DNA from: Camelus ferus
Lineage: Eukaryota
Assembly: GCF_009834535.1 (NCBI RefSeq)
Contig: NC_045696.1
Span: 2,668,001-2,732,000, forward strand
Length of the DNA: 64,000 nt
Direction of reading: 5' to 3'
A model generated the notes under the pieces. It was not told where the DNA came from and did no database searches. It saw nothing but the letters and a program-made list of their open reading frames with translations. Shown one piece after another: positions 47,760 through 61,900 of this stretch (position 1 is its first letter; the number at the start of each line of letters is the position of its first letter). The position numbers were made by a program, and so were the translations under genes.

Positions 47760-49020
47760 GCAAAGCAAGAAGCCATGAATTCATCTTATATAAACAAAAA
47801 CATAAAATAGTGGTTTACCCCTGGCTGCTACATTGATGGGGGAATGAGGGATGACTGCTGGTGGGTACAGGATGACTTTCTGGGTGACACAGATGTTAAC
47901 ATTAAGTTGTGGTGATGGTTGCACAATTCTGTGAGGACTGAATGTTAGTGTTTGCATATGAAAACCCATTGGATTGTACACTTTCAATGGTAAAATGTAG
48001 GCTTTTTTAAAAAAGGATCTATGAAGCCACACTGGTTAAATAAATAAATGAGTGGAGAAGAAAAACTCTTATAGTGGAATGCCAGATAATAAATGTAGAA
48101 GGAATGACGGAATTAGAAATCCACCACTTGGCAACCATTATAATTGAAACTGACAGAAATCATGAATGGAAGCTGCAAGCAGAGAAAAAGACGTAACAAA
48201 TGCCAGGATACTTGCATGATTTCGAAGCATCTCCCTTAAGATGCTTACTGATTACAAGAGTGAAAATGGTAACTTTACAGCAGAGAGGCAAGTGGGCCAA
48301 GCCACCCTTGCCAGAGGAGGGACGCACAGATGGCAGGTGGCCCTGACGGGCACAGACACTGACTCAGCACCGCTCCTGTGGTCTCTGTGCAGAGCATGTC
48401 CCCGGGGTGGAGGCAGGCCAGCTAGGGGGCATCCTGCAAAGTCCTTGGCCCATACACTTCAAAGATGCCAATGTTGTAATACAAAGCATGGCTAAAGACT
48501 CACAGCCACTGGGTGTGGCATGTGATCAGGGACTGGCTATGCCAAACTCGAGTGGGACTGTTGGCAAACACAGAGTGAGGTCTGCTGGTTAGATTGTAGT
48601 TTTGTATCAACATTTACTTGTTTTTTTGGTTTGTTTTTTAAAGCTTTTTTTTTAGGGCAGTTTTAGTTTAACTTCTTGATTTTGACAGTTGGATTGTGGT
48701 TATAGAGAACAATTTTTTGGTTTTGGGAAATACACACCCAAAAAGTTGGGGATAAAGGGACATCATGTCTCCAACTTACTCTAAAACATTCAGAAAAACC
48801 AGATAGACGATAGATAAATTGATGACAGATAGTTAGCTTGGTATTTTATTTGTATGAGTCAGAGAGAGAGAGACAGAGACAGAGTAGCATAAAGCAAATG
48901 TAATAAAAATGTAACATTTGGGAAATGTGGATGAAGGGCTTTTGGAAATTCTTTGTGCTTTTTGTGCCACTTTCCTGACCATCTAAAATTATGTCAAAAT
49001 TAAGAAGAAAATTTTAATGC
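47760..49020 (+). mobile_element. Ancient L1 (L1MC/ME-like) 3-prime fragments
   Basis: AT-rich; ggtgatggttgcacaattctgtg, ttgtacactttcaatgg, ggaaattctttgtgct. Confidence 0.55.
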
Positions 49021-50149
49021 TTGGCTGCCATACAAATTGGATGTTTTATATACATGATTGTTTTAAGTTGCTGATCTCTTAATTTCAAATGCATTTTAAA
49101 TACCCTGCATTTGTACCCTCCTCCCCTCGGGATGACTGTTTTCGATGTCATCTTTTACATCTGTTACCGGCCAGGGTTCTTGGACTCCCTAAGCAATAGA
49201 AATCGGTAAGAGACCAGAAGAGAACTTCAAGCAAGGCTGTGTTGGAACTCAGCACGAGAGAACGAAAGCAAGTAACGATTTTCCTTGCTTGCTCCCTGAG
49301 TTGGGGGCAAGCTGGTCCCTTACATGGGGTGAGGGTAGGGGTGGGTCCAGGGTTCGGGCTGGAGGGGTGGCTTAGGTGGTCAGCCCACCCGCTTGGTGGC
49401 GCTGTGTGCAGGGATCATGCACAGTACCCTGCTTTTGCTCCCAACACCCCAAAAGTGGCAATTGGGTTTGGGGTCTTTTTGCACTTTGCTGTTCATAATT
49501 TACCCGCATATTCACAGTTATTTTTAGTCCCTTAGAGTTTCTCTGTGCTCCGTTGCTGGAGGAGGCGTCTGTCCAGGCACCAGCATGGCAGCACAGGGTC
49601 CCACGTCCCACGGGTAACTGCTTTCTGTGGGTACAGACGATGGTACTGCTTTTCTCCTCTACCCTCCCTGCTGGCTTGGTGGTGCAGTTTCCTACCTTTG
49701 CCTTCACTGGTGAGCTTTTTGGGTGTTTTAAAACAACACAAATTTACTGTCTCTCACAGTTCTGGAGGCCAGAAGTCCGAAATCAAGGTGCTGGCAGAGA
49801 TTGCTCCCTCTGAGGGCCCTGGGGGGGCTCGTCCTGCCTTTTCCAGCTGCTGCCAGTGCTCCTTGTCTTGTGACTGTGCGGCTCCAGCCTCTGTCTTCAC
49901 GCGAGCGTGTCCTCTCCACAGGTCTGTGTCCAGAGTTCCCGCTTATGAGGGCGGCAGTTGTAATGGACTTAGAAGCCCTTTCTTTACCCAGTATGACCCG
50001 TCTCACATCAGTTATATACTCAGAGGCCCTATTTCCAAATGATCCAGGGGTCAGTGAGAGTTTAGCATTAGGGAGTCAGTGAGTGTCTGGGAATTCTCAT
50101 ACTTTCGTGGCAGTCTGAAATTACGGCAAGATAAAATAATTCAGGGCAT

Positions 50150-50660
50150 AATCAACACCCCCCCCCCAAACCCTCCAAGGGCCCCAGGTCATTGAGGCTA
50201 AAGTCTGAGTCCTGGACTGGACCTGCAGGGCCTCAGGACCCAACACCCTCTCCCACCCTCCTGTTCCTGCTCCAGCCACGCTGACCCTCCCTGGTTCCTC
50301 TAATGCCCTGTGCTCTGTGCTCCTTCAGGCCCCAGGCATTTGCACTGTCTTCAGCCAGGGACAACCTTCTCCAGGACAGGTGGTTCCTAAGCTCTCAAGT
50401 GTCACCTGTCCAGAGAGGCTCCCTGACCACATGATGTAGGGCTCTCTCACTGCCACCTCTCTCTGTTCCTGGCTGTATCATCCTTCATATCAGTTCTCAT
50501 CAGTGGAAATTTTTTTGTAAAATGGTATCTTGTTGAGCCCCGTCCCCTAGAATGGCCACCTCACAGGGGCAGGGGCCCTGTTTGTCTGAGCTTCCTCTGT
50601 TTCCCGAGCAGTATGATGCTGGTGCTGCTGGCATGTGGCCAGGGCCCTAAATAGTTGGGT
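50150..50660. mobile_element. L2 3-prime remnant
   Basis: tgctccagccacgctgacc, ggcatttgcactgtc, cagagaggctccctgaccac, ggggcaggggccctgtttgtc. Confidence 0.55.
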
Positions 50661-51689
50661 GCTGGCAAGTACCTCCATCATCCAAGTCTGCCCAAGCTTG
50701 GAGGCTCTGCCCAAGCTTGGAGGCTCCGCCTTTGACTTAGTCACTGCAGTGTGCAGGAGAAACTCGAGAAACTCAGGCCTCAGGGTTCTCCATTCAGCCC
50801 TGGAACCTCAGGAGGCAGGCCAGCTCTAAAAGTCAAGTGCGCCCAGTTTGAAATGTTATTAGTGTGGCCTTCCCAGCGGCCAAGGCAATCCTGGCTGTCA
50901 GTCCCTGGCGCCCGTAGCAGGGGAGAGCCTGCTGGCACCCCGGTTCCCAGCGGCTTTGTGGCTTCTGGCCAAGTCCAAGTGCGCTCAGGTCCCCTGGCTG
51001 TCCGGTAGGAGCAGTGGCCGGGCTCGGCAGACGGGGGAGCTCGGATGGAGAAGCACTGTGCATGTCTGGCCCTTGGACCACGACAAACCCGCCACAGTGA
51101 ATCCGAAGCCCAGGTGCCCAGCGCCTACCGTGCAAGCGCTGGGCCCGCCGCAGAAAGAACCGTGCCCGGTGGTCGCGGGACCAGGGCGGGCGTGAGGGAC
51201 CTGGCAGGCAGGATCCCTGCTGAGGCTCATCCTCAGGGCACTTCCAAGTCCCTCCCTCTGCGGCCGCTCGTTTTTAACTCATCAGTAAATACCTACTACA
51301 CTCCCGCAGAGCAAGCGGTTATCCAAGTAAAACAGAATCGGGACATGGGTACAGAGCGTTCGCACGCCCCTGGATGCGCGGTTCTGGTTAGGGTCCTGGG
51401 GCGGGGGAGGGGGTAGAGGCAGGGGACATGCAGGGAGGGCGGAGTCCCGGGAGCGGGAGGAGAGAAGGGAACAGGGACCACAGGACGGTGGTTGCGTCAA
51501 AGAGAGTGGGGGATGGGGTTGGGGTCCTGACCCGAGGTGCAGCAGTTGGGGAGGGATGGGGGCAGGGAGCTAGGGGCGGGGCGGAGCGGGGGCGGGGACG
51601 AGCGAGGCGGCGGCCCTGCGCTTTGCAACTCGGGATTGGCTGGATGCCGACTCCCGCCCCCGCCCCTCAGCCAATCGCCTTCCTTCCAC

Positions 51690-51816
51690 TGCGGCAGCCG
51701 GGTCCCGGCGGAGCCCGCCAGCCCCCCGGTCGCGTCTCCGAGTCGCAGCTTTCCGGGACAACGCTCACCACTCCCGGATGCGCCCAGCCCACCACTCTTC
51801 CCTGGTCTCGGTCCAG
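51690..51816 (+). other. CBS: Probable non-coding first exon of CBS (start approximate)
   Basis: Directly follows the CCAAT/GC boxes and ends at a strong donor CCAG|GTGAGC. Confidence 0.6.
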
Positions 51817-52639
51817 GTGAGCACTTGCCGGGGCGAGACCCGTCCCACCGCTAGGAGGAAGGATCGGGTTGGGGTCCAGGCAGGGGGTCCCGGCCGCCCC
51901 ACCCCTCGGCTGGAGTTGCATCATCCGCACCTGCCCGCCGCAGAGCTGGCCGGGCCCCGCGCGCCCCGCGTCCCGGACCCTACCCCTACAGCGAGTCCAG
52001 ACGGTCCTTAAGCCAGGCGTTCCTAGCCCACGTGTCCCAGGGCCCCCACTCCAACTCCCACAGATGCGGAGGGGACGGCAGGAGGCGCGAGTCCGGGAGC
52101 GTCGAGTTGGGACTCGGGGAGGAATTTGGGGGAGATACAGTGTAATGGTGCCATCATCGATTTTGGATGGGAAATGACTGTTTCACAAATTGCTCTTTTC
52201 CGCCAGTTGTATGGGATGGGGGTGGGGTAAAATACTGACGTAGTTGCATGGGCGGCACGGGAGGTGGGTGCCCTCGGGGGTAGGGGGCGCGGGGTCCGCG
52301 GGGCCCTGCCCCTGGCACAAACTAAGGGGGTGGGGGAGGGTGCCCTGCGACCGCCACTTCGAACCCTAGGCAAGACGGATGGCTAAGCTGGAGAATGGAG
52401 GAGGGGGAGGGGGAGGGGCGGGAGTGCAAAAGTTAGCCTCCCAAGGATTACCTGGGGGTGTTTTTCCCAAACTGTATCCCCAAATGCCACCCCCACCCCA
52501 CCAAAGGCCGGGTTACCGAGCAGCCTCCAGATCCACAGTAGTCTCGATTTCCCACCTGAAAACTCTTACTTTGAAGGAGTTTACTACCGTCCGCACCCTT
52601 GGCCCTAACTGGCCCCCTTGGGGCAGCCTGCATGCGCGC

Positions 52640-52724
52640 AGGGTGCCCGGGGTCGGGGTGCTAGGTGTCGTGACCCTAGGAGGGTCTTGGCATTTTAAGG
52701 CGGCAGCCAGCAGGGCGGCGCCAG
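52640..52724 (+). other. CBS: Possible alternative non-coding first exon of CBS (start approximate)
   Basis: Second CpG cluster with an NRF1-like TGCATGCGCGCA at 52629-52640, ending at donor CCAG|GTGAGC. Human CBS is known to use alternative first exons. Confidence 0.45.
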
Positions 52725-54099
52725 GTGAGCCCTCCTCCCCAGGACGTACGTGCGTCGGCGCGCCGGGCGCTGTGCCCGCGGGGCTATGAGCCGGGCTGGG
52801 CGCGACGCAGTCCGCGGGTTTGAACCTGGGTCACCAAGCGAGCATCCCGCCGCGTGCCTGTGGATCCCACGGAGACTCGAACGGTTTCATCAGTGTTCCC
52901 AGCAACCCCTTACCTTTCGGGAGGTTGCTCCAGGCAAGGCGAGGCAAGTCGCCACATAGGGGACGAAGGGCTGCCTGTGTCTGCGGGGCCGGACTGCGTG
53001 GTATTCGGGCCAGTCCTGCGGCCCAGCAGGCACCCACCTAGCCAGGGCGCCGCCGGCCTGTTGGCCTCTGGTGGGGAGAAAGGTCTACGACCGGGGCGCT
53101 TCTACAAGAAGGAAGAATCACCTCCCCGCGGGCTACCGCGGAGCACAGCCAAGGCCTGGTGGCTTTGAAAGGGATGTGATTGCCAAGCCTTGGGGGTTTC
53201 CTCCTTCCTTGAGGGCGACCTGCTGGCGCTGGTCTGCACCTGGCCCTGCTCTGGGAGAAACGGAACCAGCTGGGATTGCCTCTGCCCTTGCTGGGGGCGG
53301 CGGTGCCCCGGCCGGTGCCTGCCCTCGAAGAGAAGGCGGGCGGGTCCCAGAACCTCCGCGTTCACCTCCAAGTGAGGAAGGAGCCCTTTGCACCTTCAGC
53401 CCAGCTCCGCCTGGCCCACCCGACCTTTTCACAGTAAAACTGCCTTCTGAAGCACCTTGAGGGGCAGACGCGCAAGGCTGGGGTCCCTCCAGCTTCCCGG
53501 AGGGGCAGTGGGGGCTGCACTCAGAGACCACCCCCCGCCCCAGCCACATCCCCCACGTTGAGTTCCTTGCAGGGAACTTCCAAACTCGCGCAGCTGGGGT
53601 CTTTGGGGGAGGGGTGTGGCAGCTTCAGATTTACAGAAAAATAGAGCGCACAGCACAAGGCTCCCACAGACCGCCCCCACGCTCGCCCAGTTCCAGGAAA
53701 TGCTAACGTCTTGCATTAGTGTGATGCCTTTGTTACAGTTCATGAACATTATTGTTAAACGGTGTCCATACTTACTCAGATTTCCCCTAATACCCTTTGT
53801 GTTCCAGGATTCCATCCAGGAGACCGCGTTACGTTTAGCTTTCACGGCCTCTTGCAGAGCTGGTGCTGTGCTGAATTTTCAGCCTTCAGCCTGGTGAGTG
53901 ATGGCTTTGTGCCCAGCTGTGGACTCATCTTCCGTTCAGTGTGGAAAATCACAGGAGGCAGGAAAGGGCTTCTGAAGATGAGAGAGCACCTTGTCACCCA
54001 GAAGGAGCCCCGCCGCCTCTTCTTTGAGGGCGCCCATTCCTTTTTCTTTTTTCCATTTTTTTGTCATCTATTTTAAGGTTCCATGAAATTTTGAAAATT

Positions 54100-54965
54100 T
54101 GATAAAATACACCGAATATACTATTTATTTTAACCATTCGTAAGTGTACAATTCAGTAGCATTATATACATTCACAGTGTTGTGCAACCATCACCGTTAC
54201 CTGTACCCAAAACTTTTCATCATTTCTAACAAACTTTCTGCCCATTAAACAGTGCCCCACCCCCACCCCCGCACCTGGGACCCTCCTAACCCCTTAGTGT
54301 CTCTGCTTTGCCTGTTCTGGGTCCCTCGCATGGGTGGAGTCCTACAGCCCTTGTCCTTCTGTGTCTGGCTGATTTGACTAAGAATGTTTCATTCCTTTTT
54401 TTTTTTTTTCAGGGTAAAAATACATTTATTATATCCAGTTTCCTCTTGTTATTTCCATCATATAAATGCAGTCTTTTTATTTTTTTGGAGGGGACACCCA
54501 GATATGAACCAAGTGTAATCTTTTTAAAACAACTCTATTGAGATATCTTTGATATATAAAAATTATATATATACTTAAGGTGTACAACTTGGTGTTTTGA
54601 TTTACATACACGTTGTGAAAGGACACCACCATCAAGCTATCAAGCTGCTTTTTTTGGGTGGGGGGGTGGCGCATGCACTCACATGTTGAGAAGATTTTAA
54701 AACTTTATTCCTTTTTTATGGCCAAATACTATTCATTGTACAGCTAAACCACGTTTTGTTTATCCATTCATCTGTGGATGGACACTGGTTTGTTTCCACC
54801 TTTTGGCTACCGTGAACAGTGCTGTTGTGAATGTGGTGTGCAGATATCTGTTTCCTTTTTTTTTTTTTTTTTTTTGGATAAATGCCTAGGAGTGGAATTG
54901 CTGGGCCACAGGGTAGTTGTATGTTTAACCTTTTGAGAACCCCTGAGCCGTGGTCCACAGCAGCC
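54100..54965 (-). mobile_element. Old L1 (L1MB/MA-like) fragments
   Basis: aagtgtacaattcagtagcatt, tatccattcatctgtggatggacact, gcctaggagtggaattgctgggcc. Confidence 0.65.
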
Positions 54966-55146
54966 GGTGCCTGCGTGCGGTGCCTTTTCCTGCTGAGCTA
55001 CATGAATGAACAGAGCCTCACACTGGGGAGGGAGGCTGGTGAGCAGGGCTCCCAGGATCTACTGCATAAAGCAGGCTCTTCTGCAGGTTTTTGGAAACGA
55101 CCCCAAACGGACCACATTCTTCCCCTTACCTTTGACAGATCCCACC

Positions 55147-55355
55147 ATGCCTTCTGAGACACCCCAAGCGGAAGAGAGGGCTGCAGGGTGCCCCCACCTC
55201 TCAGGGGCACACTTGGGGAAAGGGAGCCTTGAAAAGGGGCCTCCGGGGGACAAGGAAGCCAAAGAGCACGTGTGGATCCGTCCTGATGCCCCGAGCAGGT
55301 GCTGCTGGCAGCTGGGCAAGCCTGTCAGCGACTCTCCACATCACCACGCTGCCCT
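55147..55355 (+). CDS. CBS: cystathionine beta-synthase first coding exon (N-terminal heme-binding region, Cys52 and His65)
   Basis: Acceptor tttgacag| at 55138, then [18 protein letters not shown]...[27 protein letters not shown]; donor CT|GTAAGT. 209 coding nt. Confidence 0.98.
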
Positions 55356-55892
55356 GTAAGTCCCTATTTATGATCATAAGATGGTCTGTCCATTCCCTTG
55401 GGGGGAAGAGTTTGGTACCTGGAAGCCAGATAGCCCTGTGGACCTAGGGGGGCCCCCCCACTCTCCAGCCTTTGCAGGCACTTGGGATGGATGGTGGGTG
55501 GGGGTGGGAGGCTCAGGGAGGGCAAGTCTTGCTTGCGTTGTAGCCCAGCACCCAGGTCAGTGCGCCCAAAAGCAGACACTCAGTAAACAAAGGGATGCAC
55601 CCGGGTCGTGCCCAGAGCGACCGCTTTCGGTGAGGCTTCTAACCCACACCCGTCTGGCTGCACGCTCCTGTTTGAGGTGAGAATGCTTACTTTTCAGTAA
55701 TTAGGATCGTGCCTGCCTTTCCTGCTTAACTTCTGGTCATGAAATATTTTTCCATCGTGGGGTCTCTGTGGTTGGACCGAGACTGTGGGATGAAGAAGCC
55801 ACGGTTTATAAGCCTTGTGTTGGGCATTCAGGGTCTGCAGCCATCTCGCCGTGAATACCTGCGGTGCAGAACACAGTTCATTTAGTCCGTGC

Positions 55893-56290
55893 ATTTTTTT
55901 TTTTTCAATTGAAGTAGAGTCAGTTACAGTGTGTCTGTCTCTGGTGTGCGGCACAGTGGCCCAGTCATGCACACACATACATACGTTCGTTTTCATATTC
56001 TTTTTCATTAGAGGCTGTTATAAGACATTGAATATAGTTCCCTGTGCTATACAGAAGCTTGTTTTATTTTAATCTATTTTTATATATAATGGCTAACATT
56101 TGCAAATCTCAAACTCGCAAATGTATCCCTTCCCACCCCCTTTCCCCGGGTGGCCATAAGATTGGTTCTTATGTCTGTGAGTCTGTTTCTGTTTTGCAGA
56201 TGAGTTCATAGTGTCCTTTTTCTTTCTTTTTTTTTTTTTTGGATTCCACATATGAGTGATATCATGTGATCTTTTTCTTTCTCTTTCTTA
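55893..56290 (-). mobile_element. Relatively young L1 3-prime end in CBS intron 1
   Basis: Poly-T head followed by ttgaagtagagtcagttacagtgtgtc...ggattccacatatgagtgatatc. Confidence 0.75.
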
Positions 56291-58515
56291 GTCTGTGCAT
56301 CTTTCTTGTGCACAAACAGCTGCTGTATTTGGGCCCTTTCCAGGTGCAGGAGATTAACAAGTGGGAAAGAAAAAAATAGGCAAAAATCCCTAACCCTTCA
56401 TGAAATGCAAGTCAAGATTACTAAATCTCAGGATAACCTCTGCTTCCTTAGTGTGACCTCCTGGGAGTAGAGCAAATGAGTCAGAGAATACACCTTTTAG
56501 GTGTCTGATTCTTGTTCTGTGTGCACTGCTATATCAACATTTATGATTATTGACTTAGATTCAGAACTGGGCGTGGGGAGGTGGGTGCGCTCCTCCGTGG
56601 GGCCAATGGACAGAAATAAAATGTACAAACCCAGAAGCTCCCAGATTAAATGCACCTTGATGCTGGGAGTTTAGGAGGCCAGCTTGGCCGCCAGCCATAC
56701 AGGTTGAGCCCTTGCTGCCAAAACAAACCAGAGCTGGAGGTGAAAGGCCTGGGTGAGGCCCGGGTGGCTGCTGTGGGTCAGGGTGTGCAGGGAAGGGATT
56801 CCCAATGGTTCGGGGGGCTTCTAGCTCAGGCCTGGGGGGGCAGGACGCCCTCCTATCTAGGCTGTGACACAGCGTCACACCTGCATTTCACGTATAAGCC
56901 TGACCCTCCTAAAATGCCCTGGTGGGTTGCTCTCCTGCCCTGAAGCTGCTTGTCCCCATCCAGGCCCATGGCTATGGGTAGCTGGGCTCAGGCCCGACGC
57001 GCTGGGGCTCACCTGCTAGGAAGACTCTAGGCCAGATCCCAGGAGGAGACGGCCTAGGGGGTCCTGGCAGAGATAGCACAGTGGGGATGAGGCCTGGCGG
57101 CCTGGGGAGGCCTCAGAGCCGGTACCTGGACAGGCAGAAAGTGCCAGCCATGTGGATATCTGGGGAAGGGGGCTCCAGATGGTCCCAAGGTGGGATGGGC
57201 TCAGAAAGAGGAACAAGGTGGGAGCAGCAGAGTGGGGATAGGGGCCGTGCAGGGGAGGGGGAGGCAGGGCCCCCTCCCCGGGAAGGATTTCAGGTTGATT
57301 CTAAGACGCTGTGGGGTTCCCCTCCTAGAAACCTCTTGGGCCATCACAGTGAAAACATTTGGGATAAATTGTTAAATTCTTTCTCCTGACGCCTGCCCTG
57401 ATGTCCCCAGGCAAGCTTCTCAGGGGACTTTCTGCCCGGCCCCCCAGGCCTGGTGCTGAGTTGGGAACCCTGTCTCCGTCCGCCCCCACCCCCACCCCGC
57501 CCGGCCTCACCCTCCTCTGGCCCCTACAGCCCCTGCTGGGGCAGGATGACTCAGCCTCCCTCCATCCCAGGTGTGCACTCTCCTGCCTTGGCTGTAACTA
57601 GTTAATGAGTCAACCCCAGGGTCGCCTCTAGGGCTTGGTCTCCCTCCAAGGCCGGGGTCCAGAGCCCTTTGCCCTGGTCCAGGCTCTCCCCTCACCCCAA
57701 CGTCCACACCTCCCTTTGCCAAGTCTGCCTCCAACATGACTCTGATGTTAGCTCCTTGCCAACTGGCCCGTGTTGCTGCCTGTTTGGGTCCCGAGGTGGA
57801 GGGTGGTATTCCTGGGGAGCTGAGTCAGTACCTTGGGAGGTGGGGGCGATGGGTTCCTGCAGGGTGACCGGGGTCACCCGGGTTTGAGAACCGTGGGACA
57901 GCGCATGGGGAATCCAGGCTGTAGGAAGCACTGCATTTCTTGGAGTGCAAGTCAGCTTGGCTTGTTCTGGGGTGATTTTGGTGGCACATCCTTGGCACAG
58001 ACGGGCAGAGGGTGGGTTTTGCATCGGTCAGTCCCTGAGGGTGATGGTGGAGGAAACATCTTCTGGGGCCACTCAGAGGATGCGGGTGTAACAGTCTGCT
58101 CACAGCTGAGCAGCAGCTGGGCTGTCCCACACCCTCCTGTCACCGGTCGCCAGCTTCTCAGCTGGAAGGACTGCTGGTGAGAGGCCAGTCACTAGAATGT
58201 GGAAGGAGACAGTGACCCATGAAAAGGGTATCCCGGAGCCTGGAGGCCCACCGCGGTGTGTTCTCAGACCCGGGGAGCAACATTGGTCCAGCTGTTAACT
58301 CAGTACCTTCGTTTATGCAGGTTTTGGGCGTGCTTGCCCGTGCATGAGCGTGTGACCTTTTACCAAGTGTAGATGTGTGTAATCACCACCCAGATCCCTT
58401 GTAAAAACCAGTTCTTGGATTTATTTTTTGATTTATTTTAAAGAATATGCTGGACTCCAAGACTGGTACCGTTTTGGTTTATTTTTCTGGGTAATCATGG
58501 GCTACTCTATTTTAG

Positions 58516-58622
58516 GGCAAAATCCCCCCAAATCTTGCCAGATATCCTGAAGAAGATTGGGGACACCCCGATGGTGAGGATCAACAAGATTGGGAGGAAC
58601 TTTGGCCTGAAGTGTGAGCTCT
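58516..58622 (+). CDS. CBS: CBS coding exon 2
   Basis: attttag|, [35 protein letters not shown], |gtgagt. 107 nt; absent from the ORF track. Confidence 0.98.
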
Positions 58623-59814
58623 GTGAGTACCCTGCCCTGCGTGGCTTGTGGGCCCCTCTGACCCTCAGTTGTGCATTAATGTGACCGAGATGACCTCAGG
58701 TGGAGTCAGGATGCACACACAACTGGTCAGCTAGGGGGTGACCCGGCCCATTCAAGAGTTGGTGTCAGGGAGGAGGTGGCCTGTGAGCTGAGGCCCGGAC
58801 GTGGAGTGGGGGGCGTGCTCGGGCAGGTGTCAGGGCAGAACCAAGCTGGAAACTGCAGGAGAGGAGGCTGGGATCCCCGCAGCAGAGTGAGGCCGTTGCG
58901 TCCTGGACTTTGGTGAGGAGGAGGAGACGTGCTGTGGGTGGGCTGACATCTCAGCTGTCAGCTGGGCAGGAGGTGGCTGTCTCGCAGCTTCAACAGACTG
59001 TTCATCTCTCGTGTATCAGACAAAGAGGGGGAATCTGGAGGCTGGGGCTGGCCCTGTACTGGGCACACAAGCGGGTCACCCTCAAGTCTTGCCCAAGTCC
59101 TGTGGGGAAGGGGCTTCTGTGCAGGAAGCTGTTTCCAGGAACGTAGGAGGGTGGAGTGTACCTCCCAGTCACTGTTCTCCAGGGCATGTAGCCCAGGTAG
59201 ACGCCAGCCTTGTCCCAGAGGAAGCGGCAGGAGTGGAGGCCCTGGAGGGGGACCAGGCCCGGTGCTGCTGGGGCCGAGAGCTGGAGAGGAGAGAGCACGG
59301 GGGTCCTAGGGGGTCGGCCCCACCGAGGGGAGGGACCGAGGCCATGTGGCCGATGCACCCCAGAGGCATCATCGCCGGAGCCTCCCCCACCCCCGGTGGA
59401 GGATCCTCTAATCAGCCCCAAGCACTGCCCACCCCCCGGCTCTGCTCTGGGGGGCTCAGGCTGCACGGGCGCGGCCCCGCGAGAGCTGCTGACGGCTCTG
59501 TGCTCTTCCGTCAGGGGACAGAGACCATCAGCGAGCTCCCAGCGGGTGTGGACCTGCTGTGGCTCAACTTGGCAGGAGCCCCTGAAGTTGGCTTTACTGC
59601 GCCAGCTTTACAGATGGAAAAACCAAGGCTCAGTTTGGTTACGTGGCTCGTCCGCGGCTGATCAGCTTGAGTCCCTGTGTCCGTGCCGGCCTTCCCGTGG
59701 CCTCCGTAGGATTTGGGGAGGAGGGTTAATTTTTTTTTAATTGAAGTATAGTCGGTTACAATTTGTCCATTTCTGGTGTACAGCATCATGTCCCAGTCAT
59801 ACACATATATTCAT

Positions 59815-59933
59815 TTTCTAAATTGCTTATTTAATTAAATTCATTAATTTTATAAAACGGAGGTGCTGGGGATTGGACGCAGGACCTCATGCATGCTAAG
59901 CACGCGCTCTGCCGCTGAGCTGTACTCGCCGCC
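59815..59933 (-). mobile_element. tRNA-derived SINE, same family, in a CBS intron
   Basis: ggaggtgctgggattgg...catgcatgctaagcacgcgctct, the reverse of the SINE body. Confidence 0.75.
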
Positions 59934-60712
59934 ACGGAATTTTCTAACTCAAGTGCTGTGTGACCTGCAGGAGTCCTGGGGCGCAGGCCTCCTTAGCGGT
60001 CAGACATTCGAGAGCCCCCCCGCCACACACACACACACAGACTGTCCCGGCAGGAGGATAAAGTCTGTCTGCAGTTGAGGGATTTCAGAAACCAGGACAG
60101 ACCAGGAGGGAGCTTGTTTTGTAGGTGTTGTAGGCCGGCCTGCATCCTTCCAGTCACGTTTGGTGCAGTATCTCCCCCTTTTACAAACTCTGCGTATCTG
60201 TAAGAGATGAGAGGGAGGAAGGAAGGAAAGAAGGCCAGAGCGAAGGCTTAGGCACAGGAAAGGACATGGAATCTGCTGGGTGGGGAGATAGCGGGGATCC
60301 CCACATCTCTGGCGAGGGGCTCCTCCTGGGCAGGACAGTGAGAGGCAGGTGTGGAGGATTTGCGGGATCCTGGCCTGTGTGAGGGGGTGGGAGCCGTGGC
60401 TTCAGGTCATCAGGTCGTCTGGCCGGGCTGTCTGCCGCCCCCTGCTTGTCCAGCAAACCATTTTGAGACTGCTGCCCCCCAGGGGTGTGGCTCTGCTCCA
60501 GCCACCCCTTTAGAGAGTCCTTGGGGTGCCTCTGTCTCGTTCACTTGGAGTTGCCACGTGGTCCCCGGCAGGTGGGATGGGCAGGTGGGAGATGCTCCCA
60601 TGGTTGAGCACCCTCATCCGGTGCAGGTGTGGGAGGTGGTGATGGGGACGTGATGATTTTTAGGACCAGCAAGGACCAAACCTGTCCCTCCATCCTGGGG
60701 CATGTCAGGTGA

Positions 60713-61900
<1,188 letters not shown>

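Larger units (their letters stand above)
51540..53100. promoter_or_regulatory. CBS: CBS CpG-island promoter region
   Basis: CpG-rich. Tandem GC boxes (51572-51597, ~51653-51666), ATTGG (~51635) and CCAAT (~51671); no TATA. Fits the Sp1/NF-Y-driven CBS promoter described in human. Confidence 0.8.

Noticed and set aside
50687..50724. 19-bp direct duplication TCTGCCCAAGCTTGGAGGC x2
   Set aside because: A simple local slippage duplication with no functional indication.
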